Positions 1-11,800 of a DNA stretch of 64,000 bases are shown piece by piece. The stretch is from Phoronis australis (Eukaryota; Animalia; Phoronida). The notes beneath the pieces were generated by a model that was given only the letters and a program-made list of their open reading frames with translations, did not search any database and was not told the DNA's origin. Within the stretch, counting starts at the first letter, position 1, and every line of letters begins with the position of its first letter. The stretch spans positions 62,001-126,000 of the forward strand of contig NMRA01000720.1 in assembly GCA_002633005.1 (NCBI GenBank), written 5' to 3'. A program made the translations under genes and the position numbers.

Positions 1-322
1 ACACAATGCTTCAACTACAGATACTGTTTAAAAGTGTAAATAATCAGCCTATGCACTACTTTTGGCTTACAGAAGGACAAATTTGTTTGGCAAATTTGTT
101 TCAGAGTAGCGTTCACTGTTTATGTTCATTAGACCCATAAAAAGTGAATGGCATAGTCATTAGATTAAATTCGTATTGCTTGTAATTCGTATAATATCCA
201 TTTTTCACCAATTTATGCTCCAAAGATTCTCTGAAACCAGGGACAAATAAAAGTAAAAATCCATCTTTGTCAAGATGAAATGCTTCTTAGCAATAAGAAA
301 AGTGAAATGACCATTGCCAATC

Positions 323-456
323 CTAGTGTATAATGCATAGAGTAGTCAAATCCACTAGTGTATAATGCATAGAGTAGTCAAATCCACTAGACTAAGTGTA
401 TAATGCATAAAGTAGTGAAATCCACTAGTGTATAATGCATAGAGTAGTCAAATCCA
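323..456. repeat. 32-bp minisatellite, about 4 copies
   Basis: CTAGTGTATAATGCATAGAGTAGTCAAATCCA repeated. Confidence 0.85.
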
Positions 457-628
457 GCTTAGAGTGGATAAAAGTGGTTTAGGTCAAAACAAACGAGATG
501 AAAATGAAAATACTTTGTACAAACACTTCTACCTATTCTTATTCCTTCATCTGGTTCTTGGTAACAGCTTCTAATTCCGCCAGTATATTGAAACCAGTTG
601 AAACTATAGTAGCAATCTAATTGATTAC

Positions 629-3600
629 CTCCCATCTTTCTAAAGCATAGCTATTCAAGAAGTCGACACCCTTAGCGTGCTTATCCACCCCTAGGTCCGG
701 CTGGGCTGCTGACGACTTCTCACTGAAACAAACACCAGCATTCAACTGATCACATTTTGCAGTGAGAATCTGTGAATATAAACAAACTGAGAAACAAAGA
801 TCAAAAAAGATGAAATTACTTACTGTTCCTTACTGAAATTCCAGCAACAATTGGACAATTCAACGTTTTCACAATCTCCTACTTGAGATGCTGTAGACCA
901 AAATCTTCAGACATGGGTTCAACTACATTACCTCTGTATATCTACATATGTTGTGTATTGCAGTTCTACTAGAAACAGGACTCATTTCATGGCATACAGT
1001 GCTTCCTCAATACATTTGCACAATTCCTGTTGTCTTCAACATTGACTTAGGTTTCTGTTCTCTGGTCTCCGTTAAAGATATTAGGAACTCTGTGAACCGT
1101 GCTACATAACTGACCTGTGAGCCATGATACTACATACAGGAAGGCTTAAAAATTGACAATACTTATATCTGGATGAGCCTGGATTTAGAAACCACTGTTG
1201 TCCGGAGTTGTAGGCCATGATGGGTACATACCCCCCAAGAAATGCTGTCTTCATACTTCGACGGAACGCGCTGTGCAACGACCAGCCACTGATCCCTCCT
1301 CCAATCTGTGCTGTCTGCCAGATGTGAAGGTCACTCAGCTTATCGGATGCTACGACATACTCCCTGAAAGAACAAATGTCACTTCAATGACTAGAGCGCT
1401 TCTTCCGTATACTATTTTGACATGAAATCCCCTTGTATAATGCTTATAATATACAGATATGAGTGACAATAGTTTGCAACGTGTATAGCCCTGCAATTGA
1501 ACACATACGCCCAATTGTAGAGCCGTGCCTAATTGTGAAAGTTTGGCACGTGTGACTGTATGCAGGATATTTGAGTAGAATTTGACTTGATTATGGCGCT
1601 GAGGGTCATTTTATCAACAATCAACGCTAAAGGCTTTTTTAATATCAAGCTATGAATTGAATTGAAAAGAGTAACTAAATAGATTTTTGATCTAAAATTC
1701 CAACATTTACAAAAAGCGCTGTGTGAAATATAAGTCTTTAGTTGTAGAACATAAGCTTGCTGCAGGCGCCTTTATGTGGGACATTTGAGTGGAAAAAATA
1801 CATGATTTTGCACATAGGTGTATGTGCTTATTATACAGTAATAAATGAAAAAAATATGACATGTCACATTCAGAACAAAGAACAACAACAACAAAAAAGT
1901 GACTAATTTAGTTTGCAATATTAATTTGACACGACGTCATTATTAGAAATCTTTACCACAGCATCGTCGTGTCCATATTACAATCATTTAATGCTGAATT
2001 TTATAACAAACAAGAGCACTCACACTACGGTACTTACTGGGGTCCCACAACTTATAACTCATTTTGGTGCTCATTATTTAGTGGGGATATTTGGTTTTCA
2101 AAATGTGAGCTCTCTGTGAATGATTATTACTATTACAAATATTGTTAAGGTGGCCACACGAGTGTACGGAAAATTGCAGGTAGTTGATACTTTTTCAGCG
2201 CGACACTCTCAGGATCAAATAGGCCCCACAATTTCCATTTTATCGCTGCAAAACGCCCACTGCATTGCCGTCAGTCATACAAAAGGCATACTTGCCATCT
2301 TCCTACAGAAAAAACCACCACACAAAAAAGGGGTGGGAATTAGCGGACCTGGCACCGCAATAGGGGGGTCTCACCTTCTCAATATGAGTGACCCCCTGCT
2401 ATAACTGGTGTCACTCTCCATTTATTTTCCACAAAATATTTTAAATTACGTGTCCACAAAGTTGAACTGTACCATAACTGAAATGTATACAAACTTTGGG
2501 GTTGGCGGGTGTGAGGAATGAACTAAAATACCCAAGCATCTTCAACTTGGCATGCGCAGATTCAATGAAATACTGTCAATGAATTGCCAATGAACACGGT
2601 CCAATTAACAGCACTTTAGGTACTTCATCCTGATGTGACATTAGTGGACTTGACCCCATCATTGTGGAAATGAAACGTTCTTTTGAGCACATGACCCTGA
2701 TACTGTCAGTTCACCCATTTAATTCACCCATCCACAGGAGATATCAGATGCCTACCAGTGCTGACCCCTGGTGTATGCTAAATTGGTGAAATTACACCAG
2801 TCATGATCAATTAGTTTCTCTTTTGACCCACGGCAATATGTAAAAAAGAGTCATTAAAGGTGCCTGTCTCCAGAGAACAATTGACAACACAAGAAGGAGC
2901 TTTATGGCTGTAGTAGCTTTACTGAGCATGTTGTGATCTATCTTAACACTTCAGCCTACCTGTGATGAGGCGTAGACAGCCAGGAGACGGCTACCTGCTT
3001 AGAGATGGGCTGCTCAATGAACAACATTCTCATGATGAATAACTTGCATAGCTCTGGTAATTCTCTACAAAAAGGAGAAAACTGACATCAGCGTTGTTCT
3101 TGAAATTTACAAATTCACAAATTTATGCACACCTCTAACATCCATTCTTGCCAATGAAGAACGCATACAACCATATACACTGGAGGCGCGCAAGTCTCAT
3201 GGTACGTACGACCTTGCCCGATTTTCACCTATTAATCCCAACAACTTTCGTTTATGTCATGTTGCAACTTTAGGTTGACAAATGCCCTGATTTCACGCAA
3301 TGTGATCCAAAGGTATAAAAATTTATGAAAACTTTAAGTAATTTAAAATTTCATGCAGGAAATCACCACAAATTTTGAAACAAATTTTCGGGAGAATCAT
3401 TCTCTTTCTATAGTCAGGCTCACCACTGTTTAAATGATTTCATACAAAGGCTTGAATACTCGTTCTTTTTCCATTATGTCAAAATATCATTTTCCGTCAT
3501 GACAAAATATCGTTTCTCTAACGTAGAAGTTTATGAAATTCGTTCTTCCACTCACAGGAAATCAATCTCAAACCGAATTGACATCAGTCATAGCACTTTT

Positions 3601-6600
3601 TTGGACTCTAATCAATTTTCTTTGTCAATGGATGAATTGAACCAAATCTGAACTTTTTGTACATGACAACCTTCCCCTTTGAAATTCAAACTCAGTCAGC
3701 TCTGGTTAGGAGAAATTTTTTTCTTCAAAACATACTGCGCAGATGCTCAGAGATTTTGGTAGGGGGTAAGTATCTTGTTTTTCAATACTTAGACCTACTT
3801 CTATTCAGAATATAAATAGTCACAACACAAAAGACCTCCTCCAAGCTATTGTGAATGACTGTGTTTACAATATACCCTACATGGTAACAATAAGGCAGTT
3901 TTAGTGAGGTTTGCACTTTCAACCAGAATGGACTATTTTCAGTGCTGGGGAGCTGAAGTTGTGAAAGACCTTTTCCACAAGTGCGAGAATTTAGCCAAAT
4001 ATGAACAGAAGTATAGAATTTAATTGGATAAATGCATACATTTTCTGCAAGTAGAAATCCTGCAGAATATGAGTTAAAGCTTTATATCAAGTTGAAATCT
4101 CAAAACGCCCATAACATTTTGTTTTCGCTTATGCAGCTTTTTCACAATTAAAACCGAACCACATGCAAAAGTGGGCCATTAAAACTACAAACAGCGTTTT
4201 GAAGAACAATTGCACAGAGTTAATTAGTGCAGTTTTTTATCTAACAGTTCAAGTCTGAAAAATCTACGACGTTGTGGGGGGGGAGGTGTATGAGGAGGTG
4301 AATAAAAAGATCGCTAACAGCTGGCTACGGGCATAGAACATCGGGCCTGGGGAATATCGAGCCACGGAAACATCGGGATAGAACACCGCAGCTATGAGGA
4401 GCATTGGGCCACAGGAATAGTAAAGCACCGACAGCTTAAACTTGCATAGTCGAGCCGATATACTCTTTTTGTTAGAACTGTCGCTGTTTTCTTTTGATGT
4501 GCGGCTTTGGAGGGAGTGGTGCGCACGTAAGTTCACACACTTGAGTCGCAGGAGTGCATGTTACATTGCTAGCAACATATGTGAGTGACGGGCGACTCAT
4601 ACCTACGCGCGTGCTCAGTTCCAGAAAGGGTTTGAGAATTTGTCTGCTGTCATGCCATAAAATACAACACGCATTTCCAAGTCGCGATCGTCTGCCGGGA
4701 CATTGCGCGTAAACAGCGGGACCGACCTGAGTGCCGCAGTGCGATGTTATCGGGGATATTGTAATAAAATATTCAGGACATCTTACATGGAAAATAATTT
4801 TTTTTTCCGTGAAAAGGTTGGTAAGTTGATCGATAAAGAATGAAACGTCACATATCTATGCCGTACTCCGAAATTTTCTTCAGTATATCGAAAAACTTGC
4901 AAAAGTAGTCGAAAACACTAGTCAACAAAACGCGTCAAAGATAGTTTCTGAATTATCCCGCGACATGTTTACAACTCATTGAAAAGGGCCGTCTCTGTTT
5001 GCGTTCATCTTGATTTGGCAACAACCAAATAACGGCCGGATTCGCACGATATGTTTGTTAGGCCAAAAACTGGGCTTGCTTACGTGGGAAATTCCAGGTC
5101 ACATGTTACGATACAAGATGACCAAAGTCTCGGCTCGTATTTGCAATCAGGTCACTAATGTGACCTGCAGCTCCTTATAGTAGAAATAATCTATTTAAAA
5201 GTCGGTGAGGTTTAACAATGAAACAGTATATAAAAAAATAATTGCAAGCGGTCTGATACACGTTGTACCAGACATGCACAGGCCTCGCATGTGGGCCCAT
5301 TACACTGACCACCTGGAAATATTTTTATGCTTTACTGATATTATAGTTAAAACCGAGCTGAGGAGCTAGAAACCTGGCTCAAGGGTTTAGCAGTGTGACC
5401 TGGTGGGACTTGAACCCACGACCTCGAGTAAAGAAAGCGGGCACTTATCAACCAGGCCACACTGCCTCCTCTTAAAATGAAACAGTAGCTCAAGTGCTAT
5501 TATCCGACAATTTTTTTTAAATCTACAAATGCAAACTACAAAAACTTAAAATACAAGCTAAGTGTACAGTAAAGAAAATATACAGAACTTTAAAATAAAT
5601 ACAAATTCATTTAAAGGACGTAATTGTCTCATTGCCGATGGCAATGAGTTCCATAGCAAAGCACCCTTATGGGAGATTGAGTTACACCCGTAAGTCACGG
5701 TATGAAAACATTTTACAGACAATTTTCACCTCCGATACCATATCTAGACTCTCTGTACAAACCATTTTTCCCTCAGACTCCATTGTACGGGCTCACTAGA
5801 CTCACTCCCAGTCAAAGTCATTAGTATTTTTTACATAAAATTTTAAGCAAATACTTGCTCTTAAGTAATGCTGTAAACTTTTGATTGACGACTGGCTTGT
5901 GTCCGCTTTTCTCCGATTCTTATCTTCATTACATAGCGTGTTTCACACAACGGCAAGTTAGCGGCGCTGGGAGTTCGAAATAAGACAGCCGATCTAGCTT
6001 ACTGTATGTTGACAATTCATCGAGTCACGGGGTATCGAGCATAAACACAAAAAACACACCTGAATTAGTTTTTCAAACATTTATTTCGTCAAACAACTTC
6101 CGTATTCGCCCAAAAAAGCGCCCACAGCGCTTAGAAAATTTCGCTTCGGGAAGCTGGAGGCGCTTATTATAGCCCAAAGTGGATGAAACGCGGTCTCCGA
6201 AATAGGTGAAAACGTAAGCTAGAATTCATCAAATTTACGCATCTGTAACCTATGATAGAGTTTCTACAAAATTGCAGTGCAATGCTATCAAAAATTGTTG
6301 TTAAATCACGAGCATTTTTTTAGAAAATCCCAGCGCGAAAACCCGCCGACTGATGCGTCACTGCCTCGCAATTGCCAATAGGTTAACTTAAAATTCATGA
6401 GTAAAAATATAGTTTCGACTCAACTAATTACCTGAAGTTATCCTTAACTTTTCAAAATAGCGTCCCTAACATTTTTAAGTTCCCATGGAGTCGGGATTTA
6501 CTCCATATTAAATCCATGTCTGCACTAAATCGTACTCTGCAACTTGAGAAAATCTCTGGACAAACACACATGTTGTTTTCACGTGATGTTTATTTGAAGT

Positions 6601-8559
6601 TCGTCTGCGTGTGTGAGTGAACGAGCGCGTGCGTGTCATCAGAGTTCATTTTCCAAAGTGAATGCGATGTAACGATCGGGAGATTCGGGGGTGTAAGGAT
6701 GCGGAAGTTTTCACTATCAGTTTGTCATTTTGACTTTAAAAACACCAATTACGATTAATATAATAATTCCTCCTAAAAATAACGCAAACGTTTTTACGAT
6801 AATAGAAACTTTCGGAAATAAGTGCCAGTATTGATTTCTTGCCAATGTTATGCTACCCCTTTCATGAATAGATAGTTCCTGAAGACTAATATTCGATGAC
6901 AGGTACTTGTATGTAGCGCGAGCTTCTTGGAGACGTACTTTTAACTAAGGTCAAGTTTTTCTTAGTCTTCGATTCGCGGTTTTCACATATGCAGAAAATT
7001 TGGATTCCTGTTGAGGTAGAAGATCTGTGCGGGAAGGATACTGTAATACCACAATCCCGTTGACAAGTACTCTCTGAAAGGCCAGACCATAATAGAACAG
7101 GCCCCTCGCAAGATCAGCAAAACTTTTACGTTCTTTTTAAAGCACGGCGGAAGTTTGGAGTGTATATTCACGGCTAATATCGACATAGCGGCGAAGCTCA
7201 AGGTCTACAAATTTCTCACACAATGAATTTTCTCAGGACTGTCCGTTCTTATTGATAAATTGAAGACGTTACTATACATTTTTTAAGCTGTAGGTAAGAC
7301 ATTTTACGGCGACCTTCATGCACTGGACGCTTATTTTAGCAGTCAGAAAACGCCAGGGGGCACTTACAGGGGCATGGGGGTTTATTAGAGCGAACTCGGT
7401 AGCTAATCTCTCCAACACGTGAAGCTTGCACGCGTGCACTTATGCACTGTTGCCACGTGAGAATTAGTAACAATCCAAGTGGAGCGCTGCATGGTCACTT
7501 GTCGTCTGCGCACTATAGTCGGTTGTCAATGGGCAAGAAAATAGTTCTCATTCAATTCCATAAATTGCGAAATAAGTAACAGCTTCTTGGCTCTGTTACA
7601 CAAAAGTAACATATCAAGTTTTAGGTATCTTCAGAATAAAATTTTCTGTTTTCTTGGTGCTTTAACCGACCATTTTTGTAAACTGAATGGGACCGCATCA
7701 CATGCGCATTAATTTACGGCTTCTGTGGTGCAATATTTTATGAATCGGGAAGTTATGCATCAAATTTCACCGTTTGAATGCAAACAGAGATGTTTTTGAT
7801 CAACAATTTTAATGGTATACATGAAATTAAGAATAAAGGGTTAAATTTTTTAGTATGACAATCTCGTTTTCTGCAAACACCGGTTTATCGTTCAGAAATC
7901 AGGTAATCCCAAGCTGGTATGGTGGCTGACTCACAATAGCTCTATTCATGAGCGACCGGCTGTAATAAGGGGTTAGTCGGGGGCGCTTTCTGACCACGCT
8001 GACCCTTATGAAACATATTCCAAGCAGGAGATATTCTTTCGGCGTCTACGCCCCTGTCTTGAAAATGAAAACAGTTCTGCAGAGATGGGTATAATACCTT
8101 TGATAAAAAGTGTACCACTACCATGAAAGAAAAGAATAATTAAGTAGATTTTAATACTGACGTTTGTCTTTTTACTTTAATACTATTTGACCTTACTTTT
8201 TGAACAGTGATAATGGATCGGCCTTTAAGAACCTATTTTGGTTGATGTCCTCTTAGTGAAACCGGCCGTCATGGTTTTGGAAGCGTGAGAATAGAATTGC
8301 CAGAAACTGAGATCTCATCTATCGAGTCGGAAGTTTCGATTCGAGGAGAGTACTGTTCTGCATTTATCTGTGTTCTACATATTCAAAAGGCACTTTACGG
8401 AGACATTTTGATATTTTCATCAAATCTGATAACACACCTGAAAACAGCCAAACACGTTGAAGGGTAACCATACAACTTTCCAAGTAGAACTGGCGAAAGA
8501 GTTTGTAAATAAGTTAGTAAATCGCTGCAGTTCAGTTTCACACCACCGGCGGTCGCCAT
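629..8559 (-). CDS. GTF2H4: General transcription factor IIH subunit 4 (TFIIH p52/Tfb2), first 4 coding exons; gene continues beyond the left edge
   Basis: Minus-strand GT-AG exons 8559-8438, 3064-2960, 1363-1232 and 722-629 splice in consistent phase. They give MATAGGVKLNCSDLLTYLQTLSPVLLGKLYGYPSTCLAVFR-ELPELCKLFIMRMLFIEQPISKQVAVSWLSTPHHR-EYVVASDKLSDLHIWQTAQIGGGISGWSLHSAFRRSMKTAFLGG-EKSSAAQPDLGVDKHAKGVDFLNSYALERWE. This matches the p52 N-terminus (TCLAVFRELP..MRMLF.EQP, LG.DKHA, YA.ERWE). Confidence 0.95.
5235..5469 (-). mobile_element. tRNA-derived SINE, copy 1 (in GTF2H4 intron 1)
   Basis: The - strand head GGAGGCAGTGTGGCCTGGTTGATAAG...GGGTTCAAGTCCCACC has A-box and B-box-like motifs. The body (CCCTTGAG..AGG.TTCTAGCT..TCAGCTCGGTTTTAA) is shared with 24746-24983. 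Confidence 0.7.
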
Positions 8560-8866
8560 TACAGGAAAACGATAAATTTTATTTTCAGTACAAAAGAGTG
8601 TATTTCAGGAAAAATATATTTCGCCGCACCAAAAGGATACTTTACTAAACGTCAAGAAACTAGAGGATGTTATTTGCTTAGGAGAAGTCAAAAATTGACT
8701 GAAATTAACCATGGTTCCCTTAAAAAACAAAAATGTTATAATTTATAAAATGCAGTCAAATTAAACCGGAAACCAGCTCTAAACCAGTCGATATGACCTA
8801 TTTAAAATACAGCATGAAAATAAAGGAGCCGAGTTAACATTAGCCATTTGACTAGTGATTCCAAGC
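8560..8866. promoter_or_regulatory. Probable bidirectional promoter and 5' UTRs shared by GTF2H4 and VARS2
   Basis: Only 307 bp separate the two divergent ATGs (8559 on -, 8867 on +). The call rests on geometry; no specific motif was identified. Confidence 0.65.
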
Positions 8867-11800
8867 ATGTCGAACACTATTTTTTCGTCAGGAAAATGTA
8901 ACAGAATCAAAGATATACTAATAACCATTAACAAGAAAATAACCGACGGTGAAACTCACCTACAGATATGGCGGTGTCTTAGTTCGGCGTCTTCAACCGG
9001 CGACACTTCAGGTTTACGAGCGCAACAACATTCGCAAGAAAATGCAGCGAGGAGAGTGGCACAGCGCCAAGCTAATTTGGAGAAGAAAAAACAAAAAGAG
9101 GCGAAGCGACTTGAGATGATTGAGAGGACGAAACTTAAAGAGCAGAAAGCAAGAGGAATTCAGGTAATTTCAGTTTTAGACTGCTCTCCACCAGCAACTA
9201 ACACTTAGGGGAAGTTGGGGTGAATTCCGACGAAACCACCCAGTAGGGAGGACGTTTTTTTTTAAATACCCATGTGTCATACATTTTTGAAAAGCCCTTG
9301 GTGTGAGAAATGAAATTCTACAAAAAATCAGAATAATTGGATGAGCGGTTAACTAGAAAACGGCCGTTGAAACGCAACGATTATGCGTAAAATATCTGCC
9401 TACATAATTTCGTAAAAAAATAAAAGAATATACATGTGCTGCATATAAAAAGATTAGTCTCATTGAGACAAACATGGTGGTGTGTATAATATAAAATTTG
9501 CATCGATTTCTATAAAGATATTGCTGTTTAAGTGTGCTGTTAGCATATAGAACAGGCCCATCATGTTAATGGTGTAGTAATAGCCGAGATCACCCGATTC
9601 GGGAATCGAACCAGCGACCCCTATAAAACTGGCAAGCGTGCTATCCATTCAGCTAATAGGCAATTGCCCGTTAGCGAGTAGCTAACAGAGGCTCATATAA
9701 TTCACCGGAAGCACATCTACAACATTCCCCCCTTCCCTACGGAACGGGCACGCGACTAGGAAGGTGAACACCAGGATGTCTCGCATACAGGTCATCAACG
9801 TCCCTTGGTACCTTTACCACCACAACACAGTTGAACACAAGGTAATCTCTCATACAGGTCCTTGCCGACTCCTGGAACCTTCCACGCGCGCCGTCCCGAG
9901 GTCTGTGGGTACTAGTTGGCAGTGCTTCATCGGGATCATCCGTTTGCCAACTACGCCATTTGTAGTAATAGCCAAGATCACCCGACTCGGGAGTCGAACC
10001 CGGGACCCCCATAAAACTGGCAAGCGTGCTAACCATTCAGCTAATAGGCAATTGCCAGTTAGCGAGTAGCTAACAGAGGCTCATTTAATTCACCGGAAGC
10101 ACATCTACAACATTGGATCACACAGCTTAAAAGGTAAAGATCAAAGACAGCTCAGAAATAAATACATCTGAGCTAGGAGGAAATTTCACATCAAATCACA
10201 AGATCACCTGGGTGGATTTGGGGGAGGGCAAGGGGGCCAGCGTGTGGCCTCCCTAAAACTCCCAGATTTCATTTGGCAGTTTGAGGGTGCAAATATCTTA
10301 GGTAAAATCCTGCGTAATACTCTGCCCTGCCCTCCCTCTCCTATCTAAAAATCCAGATCTGCCCCTGAATACTACTACATGGGCAACACATCATTGCCTG
10401 GGGGCTGGGGGAGGCTATAGCTCCCCCACTTTTTTCAGTGCTGGGTGCAACTCATGTACTATTAGATCGTATCATGGCAAACAACAACAGAAACTAGACA
10501 AAAGACCATTTGGGAAATCAAATCACTCTTAACATTTCATCATTTACGCAACAAAAACTTTGTAACAACTTTATTTCAAATGGTGAAGTTGCGATGCCAT
10601 TATTATTAAAATCTCTTGGTCTATTTACACCGACCTCTAGTCTATATACACTGTGACAGTGTATATAGACTAGCAATTCGTGTGCAGCCCGCATAATAGG
10701 CAATTATATCACCCTGGGGCCCGTTCCAAGAAACTGACTTAAGTTCATTTTTGACTTAAGTCTAAGATTTGTCTCAAATTCCGAACTTTAAAACTTCTAC
10801 ATTTGATAAGATAGTCCAAATTAAGACAAAACTTAAGTAAAAAACTTAAGTCGAACATAATATCTCTTTTTTGAAATGATCTTGACACAGATTTAACATA
10901 TCCATGAAAATCTGTGGCGGTTTTCTCGAATTTCTATTACCGGATGACATTTTGAGTTAGTTACGTAAAATTACGCATGTTGAATAAAAATGTCTACAGA
11001 CATAAATCTTACAAATTTCACCCGACATCTTTCAAGTATCGCGCACCAGCGTCACGCACTTTGCTCAGTCTCGTGCTAGCCATTGCCTAACACCTGACTC
11101 AGCTGAATTATTTTGTGGTTGCCGTGCGCGCGGTGAAGATGTTAACAGTGACCAAAAAGTGGAGTTGGGATTCTTCGTCAAACTCATTCTCAATTTCTCA
11201 CAGCTGTGCTTCATCAAAGATATGTGTAGATGCAGAAAGGATCACTGAAGAAAATAAGCGCTTTTTTAAGTGATGGTTTTAAGTGTAGGATGTATTTTTG
11301 ACGTGGTGAAAACTCTTAATTGGTAAGTGGATTTCTCTTATCACCCACACAGGACCGCGACGAAATTTATACAGATAGTGATGGGAAGCATTGTAGCCCC
11401 TAACTGGCCAACCAAGGGGCTGGCTGTTGTCTACACGCATGGTAAACAGCGCCATTGTTGTTGACAAATTAGGTTGTGAATTGACCTCTGTCAGAAGGTC
11501 ATCATGTGAGTACAAAAATCTCTCAAGGAAGCATCAAGAAGAGCGTCCAGCAGCCTAAAAGCATGGTGTCCGCATTTCCCTGCAGCTTACAAAAAGTTGG
11601 ACTCCCATTTTTTGAGTAAATCATGCTCAATGTCTTAATGAGTTAGACGGTGATTTTGAGTGACTGCTAGGACACCTTGAGGCACAGTGATTTTGATTGG
11701 CTGATATGGCTTCTGATTGGCTGATGTGCCTTCTGATTGGTTGATATAGCTTCTTGTTTCTCATGCCCTACTAGTACCTTGTAAAATTTTTGCCTGTGAA

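Noticed and set aside
6098-7401. Possible 1.3-kb Tc1/mariner-like non-autonomous element with CCGTATTCGC-type ends
   Set aside because: The terminal similarity is too degenerate and there is no TSD or transposase trace to support boundaries.
8954-8966. Strong minus-strand donor (GTAG|GTGAGT) and plus-strand acceptor-like CTACAG inside VARS2 exon 1
   Set aside because: It could mark an overlapping GTF2H4 5' UTR exon or an extra VARS2 intron. However, the minus-strand translation is not p52-like and a simple ATG at 8867 explains the frame. Unsupported without transcripts.
9590-10050. tRNA genes in the two 152-bp repeats
   Set aside because: The acceptor and anticodon stems are degenerate and the motifs are embedded in LTRs. 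Treated as tRNA-derived promoter sequence.
9737-10069. 99-aa and 101-aa ORFs inside the TRIM
   Set aside because: No gag, protease, RT or integrase motifs; they overlap the LTR and are probably chance ORFs.
11279-11600. Possible decayed coding fragment in VARS2 intron 1
   Set aside because: Other frames contain stops, I recognise no motif with confidence, and there is no consistent splice pattern.
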